The notes: generated from the sequence alone by a model not told the origin. A stretch of 64,000 nucleotides of DNA from Yuukianura sp. NJ FZ-2021 (GCA_046563655.1 CM102286.1:14198001-14262000), one strand, 5' to 3'. Shown: positions 40,701-52,289, counted from the first letter of the stretch. Program-made: numbers and translations.

Positions 40701-41307
40701 ATGAGCACCTTGAGTGAAGCAGTGAAGTTCAGGGAAATTCTGCATCGAGGAATATCGGTTCTGATGAAACTTGTAGCAGAAGCGTCGCGAACATTGATTG
40801 CCATGAGGGCACTTCCTGATTCCAGCGAAGCAGAAAAAACAGCGAAATTAAAGGCAAACGAGGAATGGAGACGACAGTGGCTTGGTGGATTGAATGACAT
40901 AAGTGCTCTACAAACAATGTTCTCATACGTTAACAGTGAGTTGGAAGGTAGAAATTTTTAATTAAAGTTTTAGCAAGGTTCGTTGACAACGAAAAATGAA
41001 TTTTTTAACAGGTTGAGTACTGCACAAAAAGGACAAAAAGAAAAAAAAATTGGTACCAATTTTGGCACCAATCTAAAAAATTGGTATCGATTCGTATGTA
41101 GAATTTAAAAATACCCGGAAATGAAAGACGCTCTTTTTTTTGTAAAATCGAAAAAAAAGGGTTAATACTCAACCTGTTAAAGATACTCAAAGTCAACAAA
41201 CCTTGAGTTTTAGAATATCGGTTTCAAACAGGCATAAAAGTCTTGTAAAGTTGGAAAATGATTCAAAACCATTTTAAATTTCAGCTTACAACATGCCGTA
41301 TTATTGA
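40701..41307 (+). CDS. Uncharacterised small helical protein, family member B (~89 aa); exons 40701-40947, 41285-41307
   Basis: MSTLSEAVKF...ALPDSSEAEKTAKLKANEEWRRQ...SALQTMFSYVNSELE, phase-1 donor, then tttcag|CT TAC...TGA. An alternative acceptor at 41011 gives G-stop. Confidence 0.7.
40974..41205. mobile_element. hAT-like MITE, related family, in the intron of member B
   Basis: 14-bp TIR CAAGGTTCGTTGAC/GTCAACAAACCTTG (1 mismatch), perfect 8-bp TSD AGTTTTAG (40966-40973, 41206-41213), internal perfect 15-bp inverted repeat 41005-41019/41166-41180. Confidence 0.85.
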
Positions 41308-41846
41308 AGTGGGACGTTATCATAAATATTTTCATAACATCATCATTCTGCCAAAAAATTCTTATTGGACTGAATTGATTGGTAGACGTTGTAGACTTTC
41401 AAAAAAAATTTTTTTTTCAAAATTTTGGTTTTAAAAATAAAATTTGGAATGGACGGTGGTTCCGTTCAACCGTTTGGAAACAAAAGAAAGGGAGACTTAA
41501 AGTTCCTTTGAATTCCTTCCTTAATTCAGCTTAATTGTGGTTCAGAATTTTCAAAAATTGTTTTGTTATTTCTTTAACATTTAAGGTAAAATTCCATTCT
41601 TGCCTTGTAAATTTATCTAGTTGTCTTGTGAATCTTGCTTTTTTGGTTACCATTCAAATGTCAATCCCAAATTTTCAAAAAAGTTCTTTCAAGTGTTCCA
41701 AAATCAGCGATTTAAACAAAACAGCCTCAAAGAAAATTTTGATTTCAAATGCGAAAGCATGCAGATCTTCGAAACGTAAATAAAATTAAAAAGTTCTAAA
41801 AAAAAAAAACTTTTAAAAATTTGAAGCAGTCTTCTTTTTCGGAAAA

Positions 41847-43060
41847 ATGGGCACTGACGAACTAATGCTTGCCTTCAATCACACGATTCAAGCAATTTCT
41901 GTTGTTGGCAAATTCATCGATGCGGCGCATGTTGCAGTTGCAGTCGCTTATAGTCTCCCAGGTTCGAGCGACGCTGAAAAGGCAACAAAAAGGGCGGCAA
42001 AACAGGCAGCGTTTCGACAAATGAGTGCCATATTTGATGAGATTGCTGCTTTAGATGGGATTTTGCGTAGCAGGTGAAATGGTCAAAACAATTTGGCCAA
42101 AAGTGAAATGATCAGAGGTGAAAAGGCCAGAAGTGAAATGGACAAAAAGTGAAAATATCAGAATTGAAATGGCCAAAAAGTGAAAAGGCCAAAAAGTGAA
42201 AAGGCCAAAATATGAAAAGACCAGAATTAGGAAAAGAATTACTTTCAGTGGATAACTCGCATTTTGTTTATTTTCTATTTTTAATTGCAAATATGAACTC
42301 CTGACCATGAAAAAAAATATTTTTTGGCCCGCTCTCAAAAACCTCGAATTTTCAGAAAATTATGAAAAATGCAATTTTGCTATAAGGTCATACGTTAATT
42401 TTTTTCAAAATATGTCTTAGCTTATATTTTGTTAGGTTAGGTTACGTTTTTAACTGCTTAAACAATTTTGTTATAGCATTTAGGTTAGATTTGGTTAACT
42501 TTCAAAAAATGGGATTTGTTTGTTTAGAAAAAGTTAACATGGAGTATTTTTCCCATTTTCTACATCTTCTAAAAATTCGAAATATTTTAAGCGGATCGCA
42601 AAAGAATATATTTTCATGGCAGGGGGTTATATTTGTATTCAAAAAAAAATGTAGAAAACCGAGTTACCCACTGAAAGTATTTTTTTTCCTAATTCCGGTC
42701 TTTTCACTTTCTGGCCTTTTCATATTTTGGCCTTTTCACTTTTTGACGTTTTCACTTTTTGGTCATTTCACTTTTTGGCCATTTTCTTTTTGGCGTTTTT
42801 AGATTTTGGCCTTTTCACTTTTTGGCCATTTCAATTCTGATATTTTCACTTTTTGGCCATTTCACTTCTGGTCTTTTCACCTCTGATCATTTCACTTTTG
42901 GCCAAATTGTTTTGGCCATTTCACATGGAATCGGGATTTTGAGACTAATAGAAAGTGAAATGAAAGGTAAAACTGATTAACACACATTTTTTTAATATAT
43001 ACATGTATACATATTCTACTAACATTTTTAACAGAGCAATTTTTTCAAATTTCAGGTTAA
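41847..43060 (+). CDS. Uncharacterised small helical protein, family member C, interrupted by a transposon (truncated allele or pseudogene)
   Basis: MGTDELM...SLPGSSDAEKATK...AALDGIL[insertion]RLIESEMK|G*. Removing 42066-42932 plus one TSD copy restores the frame and the shared phase-1 donor at 42967. Confidence 0.7.
42066..42932. mobile_element. Mutator/Foldback-like non-autonomous DNA transposon (867 bp)
   Basis: Perfect 9-bp TSD GGGATTTTG (42057-42065, 42933-42941); long inverted arms made of ~15-bp subrepeats (gtgaaa[at]ggccaaaaa); central TTAGG-like repeats; no coding capacity. Confidence 0.92.
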
Positions 43061-43420
43061 AGCAGTCCAATTTTTTCCAATTGGAAATTAACTTACCTTT
43101 CTACTTTATGTTGCTTTTAACTTATCGATTTTGTGGAAAAAGTGAAAAGTTCATTTCTTCATTCACTTCATTCTAACTTGGAAAGTATACTGTTCTAAAA
43201 ATTATCGCAAATTTCTGCGTTTTCCTTAGGACGTCGTGTTTTAATTGCTGGTAATTGTGAAAATGAAATTCGACTGCTACAAATCCTTTAAAAAAAGATA
43301 GGATAGTGTTTAATTAACTTCAATTGGCGTTATAACTAATTTACATAACAATATGTCCAAATAATTAAAACCAGAGCTAACTTTTGTCAAAACTAGCACA
43401 TATTTAAGAAAAAGTAAAGT

Positions 43421-46356
43421 TCATTTCTTCTTTTTTGGTTTTGAGTCACTGGTTTTTTGTACAAATTTACTGGCAATTCCAAAAAGACTTCGAGAATTCC
43501 CGCCACCGAGGATCGATCCCGTGCTCTTTGACTTTGTAACAGAACCAACTGCCACTAAGCTGGTTTCGGCTAAAGAAGGATCCAGTTGAGCAGGATTAGT
43601 TTGACCTTTGACCTCGTTCTCATCATTTCTCACCGGAAGTTGTAATTCATTCCTAGGAACTCTAATACCCGGAACTCTGCTAATACCCGGATTCTGAAAT
43701 GAGTTGGACCTCGTAAGACTCAAGAGACTCACTCCACTATTGCTCTCGTCACGCAACGGTCCACTACTAAAACTATATTTTTTTCTGGAACAACCTGGAG
43801 AAGCGTTTACCGGGATTCGTGACGGTCTTGGCGGAGGAATTGGAATAGCATTGGCTTCTAAAAATTTGTCCAAACTAAATTCCTGTTCTTGCGGTCGAAA
43901 TTTTTCTGTTTCAAAATAGTTACTCCCGCCGCCATTTCCTGCTGAATTCAAACCGTTTTCATTTTGCTGAGAATCCAGAAACCTCCGACGAGCCATGAGC
44001 GGTGAACACCAAACCGGTATTTTACCGAGAATCGGTTTACTTCCGTCTTTAATTTTTGGTAGTTTTTCTAAAGCTGGGATTGGTGGCAGGCGAAAGGTAG
44101 AAGGCGGCGGAGCTCCGGTTGCCGAATTTTTCCGAACGGCTCCGATTATGCGCGGTGGCGGTTCGGAAATTTTTTGAGACGATGGTTTCCCGGGATCGTT
44201 AATGCCGACTTCTGAAAAACCGTGAAAACCGGGCGTTTGAAACGAATCTTGAAACCTTGAGCCCGACGAATCAGCGATTTCTGGTGAGCGTGAAAGTTGA
44301 GCACACAGGGTTTTCACAAGTTTCGGAGAGTTTAGATTACTAGATGCTGAAAACGACAAAATGGCGTCTTCTGCGTCTTCAACCGGTTTGAAAATCGTTC
44401 GTTGTGTTTTGACAATAACGCCGGCGACGTTGTCGCCAATGTCGTCATCTTCAACAACGATCGGTTTTGCTTTGACGACGACCGGTAACGGTTTCTCTTC
44501 GGTCCGCTCCTCTTCATTTTCAGCGACAGTTTGAAGCATAAAATTCTCTTCGTCGTCCGAAGTACAGCAAGAAGGAGAGGGAGATCGAGCAGACGAAAGT
44601 GGAGTCGAAATGGCATCGGATGACCTACGACGAAAACCGGGTTTTAGGTTGAAACAATCCGAATCGGTGTTTGAAGCTCCACTGGCCGGTTCGTCTTTCG
44701 TGGCAAACGAATCCGTTGCATCGTATTCGTCGTAGTACTCGACCTCACTCACTTCTTCTGACTGTGAACTGTAATCTTTGCTCATGCGCTCTTGAATTTC
44801 TTCAATCGGTTCAGGATCTTGAACAGGAAGCGCCTGGAATTAAAAAAAAAATATTTAAAAAAAAATTTTCCGCCAAATTTAAAAATTTGAACATATTTTT
44901 GTACCCATGGTGGCAGTAATGCTTCACAAGCCTAAGATTACCTTAAATCCTGGCTTGTAACACGCAATTACAAAAAAAAAATCTGACAAAATGATTTAGT
45001 TTTCTCGCCAATAAAAAATTCCACCTTTTTTTTTACCGGTTCGGTTTCTGGTGTCGGATTTTGTTCCGGTTCGGGCGAAGTCGAGAAATATTTTGGATTG
45101 AGAAGTGCCATTGTGGAACATTCCGGTTGAATTCCGCGCTTTTCTTCCCACTTGTACAACTTTTTCGTAAATTTTTCATTGAGGCCTTCAACTTTACATT
45201 CCGCCGTCGGCGTTTTAATCCAAACTTCTTGTTTTGGATTTGGATTATTTCGAATTGCTTCCCGCATTTTTTGAAGTCTCTCTTCCCGCTCACAGTATTT
45301 CGTCATTTCCCGCTCCAATCGTTTTTTCTCAACTTCAATTTTTTCTAACTGCTTCTCCAACCATGCCAATTCCTTTTGACGATGAGATTCATCATTTTTC
45401 TTCTTTTTTCTTCGTTGCTCATTTTTGGTCGGAGCAGTACTACTGGCACTGCTGCTCAAAACTTCTGAGCCGCACCCTCCAGGGTGCGCTGGATCCGGAA
45501 TTTGGCGGGGTTTACTTTTAATGTGTTCCCACTCTTGTAACTTTTTTGAAAAATCGAGCGGGATTAATTTTTGAAGTTCTTCTTCTGTGTAATGAAATTT
45601 CCCGGTACTTGCTTTCCACATTTCCCATTGCTGGAGGCGTTTTTTGAATTCGGCTGAAAGGGCTTCCTCTTTTCGTTTTTCGCCTTTCATGACTTGGTGT
45701 AGTTCATCTGAAAGCCGTTTTTGCAATTCGACGTAATTGCGAACGACTTGGTCCACTTCAGGGTCAAACGGCTCGGGACACTGGTAGTACTGGTGGTCGT
45801 CACGTGGTGGTCGCCGATCAGCCGAATTCGGCTCATTTCGGCTCCGATCAGCATCATTTCGGCTCCGATCAGGATCATTTCGGCTCCGATCAGCTTCATT
45901 CTTTCTTTCAAAATTTTCTTGTTTTTGATTCGGCTTCCGATCACAGCCGATCGGCTCCACCTGATTTGTGATTGGCTCAAAGTCAAAAACGAGCCGTTTA
46001 CTTGGTGTTGACGGTGGAGTTGAAGAGTGACTGGATTTAAAAACTTTTGAGAACGACGGCGACATTAGGTTGGGCGAATCTGCCAAAATGTCGCCCGACG
46101 GCGACTGTTTCGTACGACTGTTTCTTCTTCCTGAGGGGTGGATTATCGTCATGACCTTGTCCCAAGTTTTTTGTAAAATTTTGACTTTTTTGGAACCTTG
46201 ACGCTTAAGGCCCCCAGACGCCCCTCCACCTTCGGTTGACCTTGACGGCTCTTGTCCCGCCAAAATTTGAATATTTGGCATAGACTTTCCACTGATTTTG
46301 GTCTGAATCAACCGGTTACTCACGGCACAATTTCCTAACGAATTGGATCGCCTCAT
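43421..46356 (-). CDS. Uncharacterised ~910-aa largely disordered/coiled-coil protein; exons 46356-45037, 44833-43421
   Basis: Two long ORFs joined in phase 0 (CCG|gtaaaa...ttccag|GCG); three FxK[KR]LxxWE motifs and a charged coiled-coil segment. The start codon is uncertain. Confidence 0.8.
45830..45897 (-). repeat. Coding 21-bp tandem repeat (~3 copies, [AP]DRSRN[DE])
   Basis: tcatttcggctccgatcag[cg]a repeated three times. Confidence 0.85.
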
Positions 46357-47412
46357 GTTTTCAAAATTTTGAAAAATCAGTCTAAAAATTTCTAAAAACC
46401 GAGTTTTAGCTTTCACCGGGACAAGCTCTGTAGACAAACTGATTTTTCGGATCAGAACTTAAACTGGGGTTGTCCTGTCGTTTTCTACGTTCAGAACAAG
46501 ACGCTGTTTTAAAAACCTATTTTTAGAACAGGGACAATTTTAGAACATGTTTTTAGTTTCTCCTGCTCAGCTATTCCTGTTCAAATGATCTTCAACAAAA
46601 AATGTGATGCATGGTATAAGGAAATGGGATGGATGAACGATTTGCACAGGACTTTGTAAATATAAATGTTCCTTAAAAATGCTGTTTGAACATGTTTGAA
46701 CAGCTTGGAAAGCAAAGCATAGTTTAATGACTCTGACTTCAAACATGATTTACTGTCCCCAAAACTCATAAAAATTGTTCAAAATCATCCAAGCGTGGTG
46801 TTCCTCTTCTTGCAAAAAAAGTAAGAAGTTACAAAAAAAAAAAACTTTAAAAAAAAGTTTCGAACAAGAAATTAAAAAATTCGTTTTCTTTTTGTAAATC
46901 TCAAAATAGAACAATTGAACAGGCGGTCTGAGTGCTCATTAGAGTTACACTTTGTTTAAATTTTGTTGGCAGTTGAATAATCACTTTTGTTTAGAACAAG
47001 ATCAAAAGCTTGTTTAGAAAAACGTTTCAAAAGAATTTGAAGCGTAATTTTTTTAAATTTAGAATTTATGTCTCAGCAGGTGAAGACAGTAACTGGAGCA
47101 TGACGAGTAGCAAAGTCCAAAAATAGAAGATTAAGGGCGCACGATGAAAGGGAACTACTTCCGTTCCGTTAGATTTTTTTGGAACAGGGCCCTTAAGGGT
47201 CTCTTCTAGAAATTTTCAAAATTTCGAAAATCTGAGGTCCTTAAGGGCTCGTTTCCGGGATCTTTCCAACCCCGTTAGCCCACATTCTCAAGGGTGGCTA
47301 TTTAAATGGCGCTCAACTCCTTTTGTTGTACCAGTTCGAATCAAGCTTTTGATCTTAATCAAAAAAATTTTTCAAATTCAAAATTTGAACTTTGGGTTTC
47401 AAAATTTTGAAA

Positions 47413-48373
47413 ATGAATTCTAGAACAGCTTTTGTGATGCTGGTTGCTGTGCTGCTTGCAGCGATGGCAGATTGTGGGAAAATCAAGCGTAGACCAATCA
47501 CAGCTTCAGTTCCAGCCGAAAACGAAGTTCAGGAGCTGTCAGACGCTGATTCGTCTTTAAAAACGGTATCGGTTGACCTCGACTCCAAAACGGAACTGAC
47601 TCCGACCAATGAAACGAGTGCTACTTTCACAATTACCGTTTCGAGTGACGATACGGTACAAGGTGAAACCGATCTCAAGGGAGAGACGGATTTGATGCCG
47701 AAACCGAGACCGGGCTTGGCCTACTTGAGTAAGAAAAAATCAAGAATATTAAACAAAATCAATTTTTCTTGGAAAACTTTTGGAAAATGTAATTTCGAGT
47801 TTTGAAATTTTGAAAAGTGTGTTAAATTTTGATCTTTTATTCGTTTTCAGCTCAACTACAAAGTTTGATGTCCCAATTTTTGACGTTCTTTGGATTCCGT
47901 TCCCAAGTTGAGCGAAAGAATCGTGGACTTGACCTTGGTGAAGTTGAGGTCAATGACCTCGACCTGTACAAAGATGGACTCAAAACGACATTGGGTGCGG
48001 TCATGGGCAAGCGCGAATGTTTCAAAAAAGTCACATGCAGAGCGGGAAAGTATTTGAAAACGATCAGAGGAAAAGAAATTGTGCTTGTGTAAGTTCAAAT
48101 TCAAACGCTCAAAGCTTCAATTCAACGAAAATTTATTTACAACACTCTGAATATGAGCAGGACAACTTACTTAGTAACTTACTATAACTTTCATTAGTAT
48201 ATTAATTATTTACAATAATTATATCTTATGAATATTTTACATTTTTTAACCAATTTTTATACTTTTGCAGGATTCTAGAGAAAGTGACTCCTTCGTCATG
48301 GACCGAGACAGTACGCATGCTCAAGGAGTCAGCAATTCACAACGACAAGTGTGAGTACAAGTGCTTGGACTAA
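47413..48373 (+). CDS. Secreted protein with C-terminal four-Cys motif (possibly DM4/DM12-like); exons 47413-47728, 47851-48088, 48271-48373
   Basis: Signal peptide MNSRTAFVMLVAVLLAAMADC; ECFKKVTCRAG...SAIHNDKCEYKC; consistent phases; TATTTAAA at 47299 and Inr-like CCAGTT at 47331. The family assignment is tentative. Confidence 0.75.
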
Positions 48374-48889
48374 CTTTACAACTTACAACTATATTTTGAT
48401 GTACATTTTTATAATAAATAGTACGTAATATACTAAAAATATATTATTCTAGTTTTACATAAAATTATACTAAAAGCAACAAAAGCCACAAAGACCAATA
48501 AAATATTTATATAAAAAAAAGGCCTTCCCTACTACATTTTTTAAACAATTTTTGTCGAATTTTTTTTTAAATCTCCAATTACAATTTTGTTAAATTTAGT
48601 CAATTAGTTGAAATACGCACGTGAATTTTCTTTTACGCACTCAATTTTCTTCGAAATCGAAAACCTTCAGATACAAAAATTCCAAAATTTTGAACTTTTA
48701 CCGTAAAACCACAAAAAAACAAGGAAAAGTTTTTGATTTGGCTTTGAAAAAAAAATTACGCGGAAAATAAAACCACAATTTGACGCAGACGGAACAAAAA
48801 AAATGTCTTCCGCCGGAGACGACGTGCATGAAATTTGTAGACAAAAACCGGGAATTTCAAAAATTTGAATTGAATTGAAAAATTGAATT

Positions 48890-50766
48890 TCACTTCCTGC
48901 GGAGAAAGCTAAAAATGTCTCTGAAAGCATCTCGGAATGGTTTGATGCTGGAAGCATAGATGATTGGATTCAAACAGGAGTTGAAGTAGCGAATCCAGCC
49001 AAGCGCAATAAAAAGTTGTCCCGGCACGAGGGTTTTATCGATTGCCATAACCATGAAAGTTGTAAAAAATGGAAAGTAGCAAACGAAAAAGGCGCCAACA
49101 ACCATGAATAATTTTTTGGCCAAACTTGTTTGTTTCTTTCTGCTTGCCGTCAGAGCATCGTCCTCCTTGGAATGACCTTTGACCTTCTTTGTATCCACCA
49201 TCTCGCAACTGTCAGTGCTGTTCAAGTCAGCTCCACTGTAGCCAGAATTGCTGTGGCCAGAATCGCTGTGGCCAGCATTGCTGTTTGTTATCTGGGTGCT
49301 CACTTTTGAATTTTTGGCGGCACGCGAATCCACTCCAGAGTCTGCAGAGCTTGATGTAAGTCCGTGTGTTTTTTGGCGTCGTTCGGTAATTCCGCGAAGA
49401 TGAGCTCTGGCAACTTTGTAGATCATGAAGTAGAAACTGAGCATGATGGCACAAGGAATGTAGAACATGAAAACCATGACAGTTACGACATGCCCAACTT
49501 GGAAGTTGACTGGACAGTCGTAGGGTTTAGTAAACGGCTCTTCCCAGATGAACAGTGGACCGACGCTGAGGATTCCAGCGATCAACCACACCACGGCACA
49601 GGTAGGTAGCACAACACGCTCCGAATTCAAAACCTACAAGAAAAAAAAAATTAAGAAGAATTTTAGTACTAAAGAAATCTTATATCTACTTGTCCGTCTG
49701 ATTTTGGTTTGTAAGGTGACGTTTTCGGCTTTATATGTGTGAAATTGGCATTCTGAAGTAATAATGTTGAAATTGAAAAACTTGATGTTCTTCTTAAAAT
49801 TTAAGAACAGCCAAAGAAAAATTTGGGGCGACATCCCGACGTCCATTTCAAGAATTCTTGTCTAACCTAAAAGAAATTCTAAAGCCAAACCTAAAAGAAA
49901 TTAGACAAAAATTTCTTGTCTAACATACCTAATTGAAAAGCTACTGTTGAGATTGAAAAAAATTGATGTTGTAAAAAAAATCACAATAATTAAAGAAAAA
50001 TTTGGGGAGACGTCCCAGCGAGCATGCAAAGAATTCTGGTCTTAAAAAAAACGCACTAAAATTAAATATTTCTGTTTCACATTGCCCCAAATCACCAAAA
50101 AATCGGATTGGCTGGCATAATCGATCAGAATCATCAACAAGTTCAAAATCGACCTGAATGTTCGCTGACCTTGAAATTCAAAATTGACCTGAGAGGTCAC
50201 TGACCTTGAAATTCAAAATTGACCTGAGAGGTCACTGACCTTGAAATTGAAAATTGACCTGAGAGGTCACTGACCTTGAAATGTGTGAGGGGGAACTTGA
50301 CCCCGATGAACCGTTCCACACAAATGGCCGTGATGGAGAGTATTGATGCTGAGCAGAGCCAGTAGTGGATGCAGTGGAATGCTCTGCAGTAGCCCTCCCC
50401 AAAGTACCACTTCCCGCTCACACTCAAAACAGCCAGGAACGGCATCACGAGCAGCCCCACCAGGAAATCAGCCAATGAGAGACTGGCGATGAAGTAGTGC
50501 GTGGAACTCTTGAGTGTGTTTCTGCGCATGACCATAGCCAATAGCACAAGTCCATTTCCACCAATAGTGCATAGAGTAATTGCAGTAAAGATCATGGACT
50601 TGATCACACTGCCAGTATCCCACTGGAAGTCAGTTGACGCTGCAGCGGCAGCGTCTGGCGTCACTGTGACAGTGTCAACACCGTGCTGCGCTGCTGTGCT
50701 GGCGTTGAACACCGTGATTGGTCCAGTATTGAAAAAGTTGTCATCAACTTCTTTGCAAATGTACAT
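48890..50766 (-). CDS. Aminergic-like (alpha-1 adrenergic/octopamine-receptor-like) class A GPCR, ~411 aa; exons 50766-50275, 49633-48890
   Basis: GGNGLV, THYFIASLSLADFLVGLLVMPF, WYFG..YC, CSASILSITAICVERF, FYIP, FFVCYFPFF, YFNSCLNPIIY...FRDAF. Confidence 0.9.
49765..50045. repeat. Diverged ~100-bp direct repeat pair (period ~180 bp) in the GPCR intron
   Basis: tgttga.attgaaaaa..tgatgtt...aaagaaaaatttgggg.gac.tccc...aagaattct.gtct at ~49765 and ~49945. Confidence 0.7.
50165..50282. repeat. 35-bp tandem repeat x3.4 spanning the GPCR splice donor
   Basis: Unit ctgaccttgaaattcaaaattgacctgagaggtca at 50165, 50200 and 50235, partial at 50270. Confidence 0.95.
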
Positions 50767-51733
50767 TCTAAAATCAGAATTTTCAAAAAAATGTTCAAAA
50801 ATTTTTTTACAAAATATTTTTGAAAAGTTGTCAGACCTCACAATAAGTAGAGTTTGTTTTTACTTTTTCTTGGGAGAAAAGTGCATGTGTTGAATCAAAA
50901 TTTGAGATCAGAATTTGCAAAATTTTACCTTTCCGTTGATGGAGTGCAAAATTTGACAGCCGAGAGAAAATTTTAACAAAACTTTTCAAATTGCGGAGCA
51001 AATAATTTTTCTACAGGTATGTATCCTTTAACGTTGTTTGTTAATTAGTAAGAAGTTGTTAATTACTTTTCTTAAGAAAGTCAATTAACAATTTTTTTTT
51101 CTTTACATGTGTATTGGTTGATAATTGAAAAGTTTCTGAAGGAGTTGAACGTCTTTTGACAAGGTTTTGTGTCTTTTCGGTTTTAATTTTTTGTAAGTTT
51201 TAGTAGTGATTCAGCGTCACACGTCAAAGAAAACCAACAAAACCAAAACAATACAGTTACGAAAGGCGTCATTTGTGTGGTGTTAAGTTTAAGTCAAAAT
51301 AGAACCAACATCACGTTTCCGATTAAAAACTGCAACTTCAACATTTCCAAAGAAAAAAACACGAAACTAACATTTTAAAGTTTAAGAAACCACGTACAAG
51401 GAAAAGTGACAATTTTCAAATCAACAAAAACTGACATTTGATATCCGGAAAAAAAATCTTGTGACCAAAGAAATCAGCGTCAGCGACACTTCTTCAGAAA
51501 ATTGCAGCGATTCGTCACGCTCTCAAGCTCTTTCAATTTTTACTTTTAAGCACGAATTATAAACACTCAAAAATTTTTAGTACCCATACAAATTTAATTC
51601 AATTTCAATTTCATTTCAAAGGAATCCAAAAGTTAAGCCAGGTTAAGCAGCTTCCATTATTTAACTCGATGTAAATTTAAAAGTTACATTATGTATATGT
51701 AAGTTACATTATGTAACTTTATGTAAATGTAAG

Positions 51734-52289
51734 TTACATTGTGTAACGAAGGATGAACAGTGTTATCATGCTAAATGTTAAGAAGAGGCCAAAAGTCACG
51801 GAGTTTGCGCCGTTGCAGTTGTCGGTGAAGCAAATGCAGGCTACTCCGTCGAAATCCGGTTCTGGATTGTCGTCTTCCTTGATGCAAACGTCTTTTTCTC
51901 TGCCGATGTTTGAATTATTGTCAATGCATGAACGAATCGTGACCTCTGACCCATCAGGCAGAGTTTGCACACTTTTTAAACAACCGTAGACCGGCACCGG
52001 AAGTGGCCCTGGGAGGCTTGGAACGTTTGGATCCTCGGGTGTATTTTCTGCGTTACATGTTTGAATGAGATTTGAATCCGGAACATAGCCCCACTTGATA
52101 CAGGATGGGTCATCCGCACTTGAGCAAAAGTAGCAGTTGAGCGCTAAAATTCAAAAATTTTCAAAATTTTTATGAAATTCTAGCAATTTAAAAAAAAGAT
52201 TGATAAATTCATGAAGTTACAGTTACAAATTAGTTACCTGAACCGGAGCTGAACGCCGACATAAGGACGAGAACAACAAAAATTTTCAT
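51734..52289 (-). CDS. Ly6/three-finger (quiver/sleepless-like) GPI-anchored protein; exons 52289-52238, 52143-51734
   Basis: Signal peptide, ALNCYFCSSADDPSC, GCLK...TIRSC, CICFTDNCNGA, then a hydrophobic C-terminal GPI signal. Confidence 0.88.

Noticed and set aside
41005..41180. piggyBac-like element (TTAA plus 11-bp TIR)
   Set aside because: It is the inner inverted repeat of the larger element 40974-41205, which has an 8-bp TSD.
42051..42980. Phe-rich ORFs at 42051, 42491 and 42759
   Set aside because: Translations of transposon subterminal repeats.
50165..50282. CRISPR-like array (35-bp units)
   Set aside because: Head-to-tail repeat with no spacers, in a eukaryotic intron.
51001..51033. 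tttttctacag|gtatgt followed by U12-like GTATCCTTT
   Set aside because: On the + strand with no + strand gene nearby; flanking genes are on the minus strand.
51681..51746. Short gttacatt.tgta repeats at the Ly6 stop codon
   Set aside because: Local slippage duplication in the 3'UTR with no coding effect.
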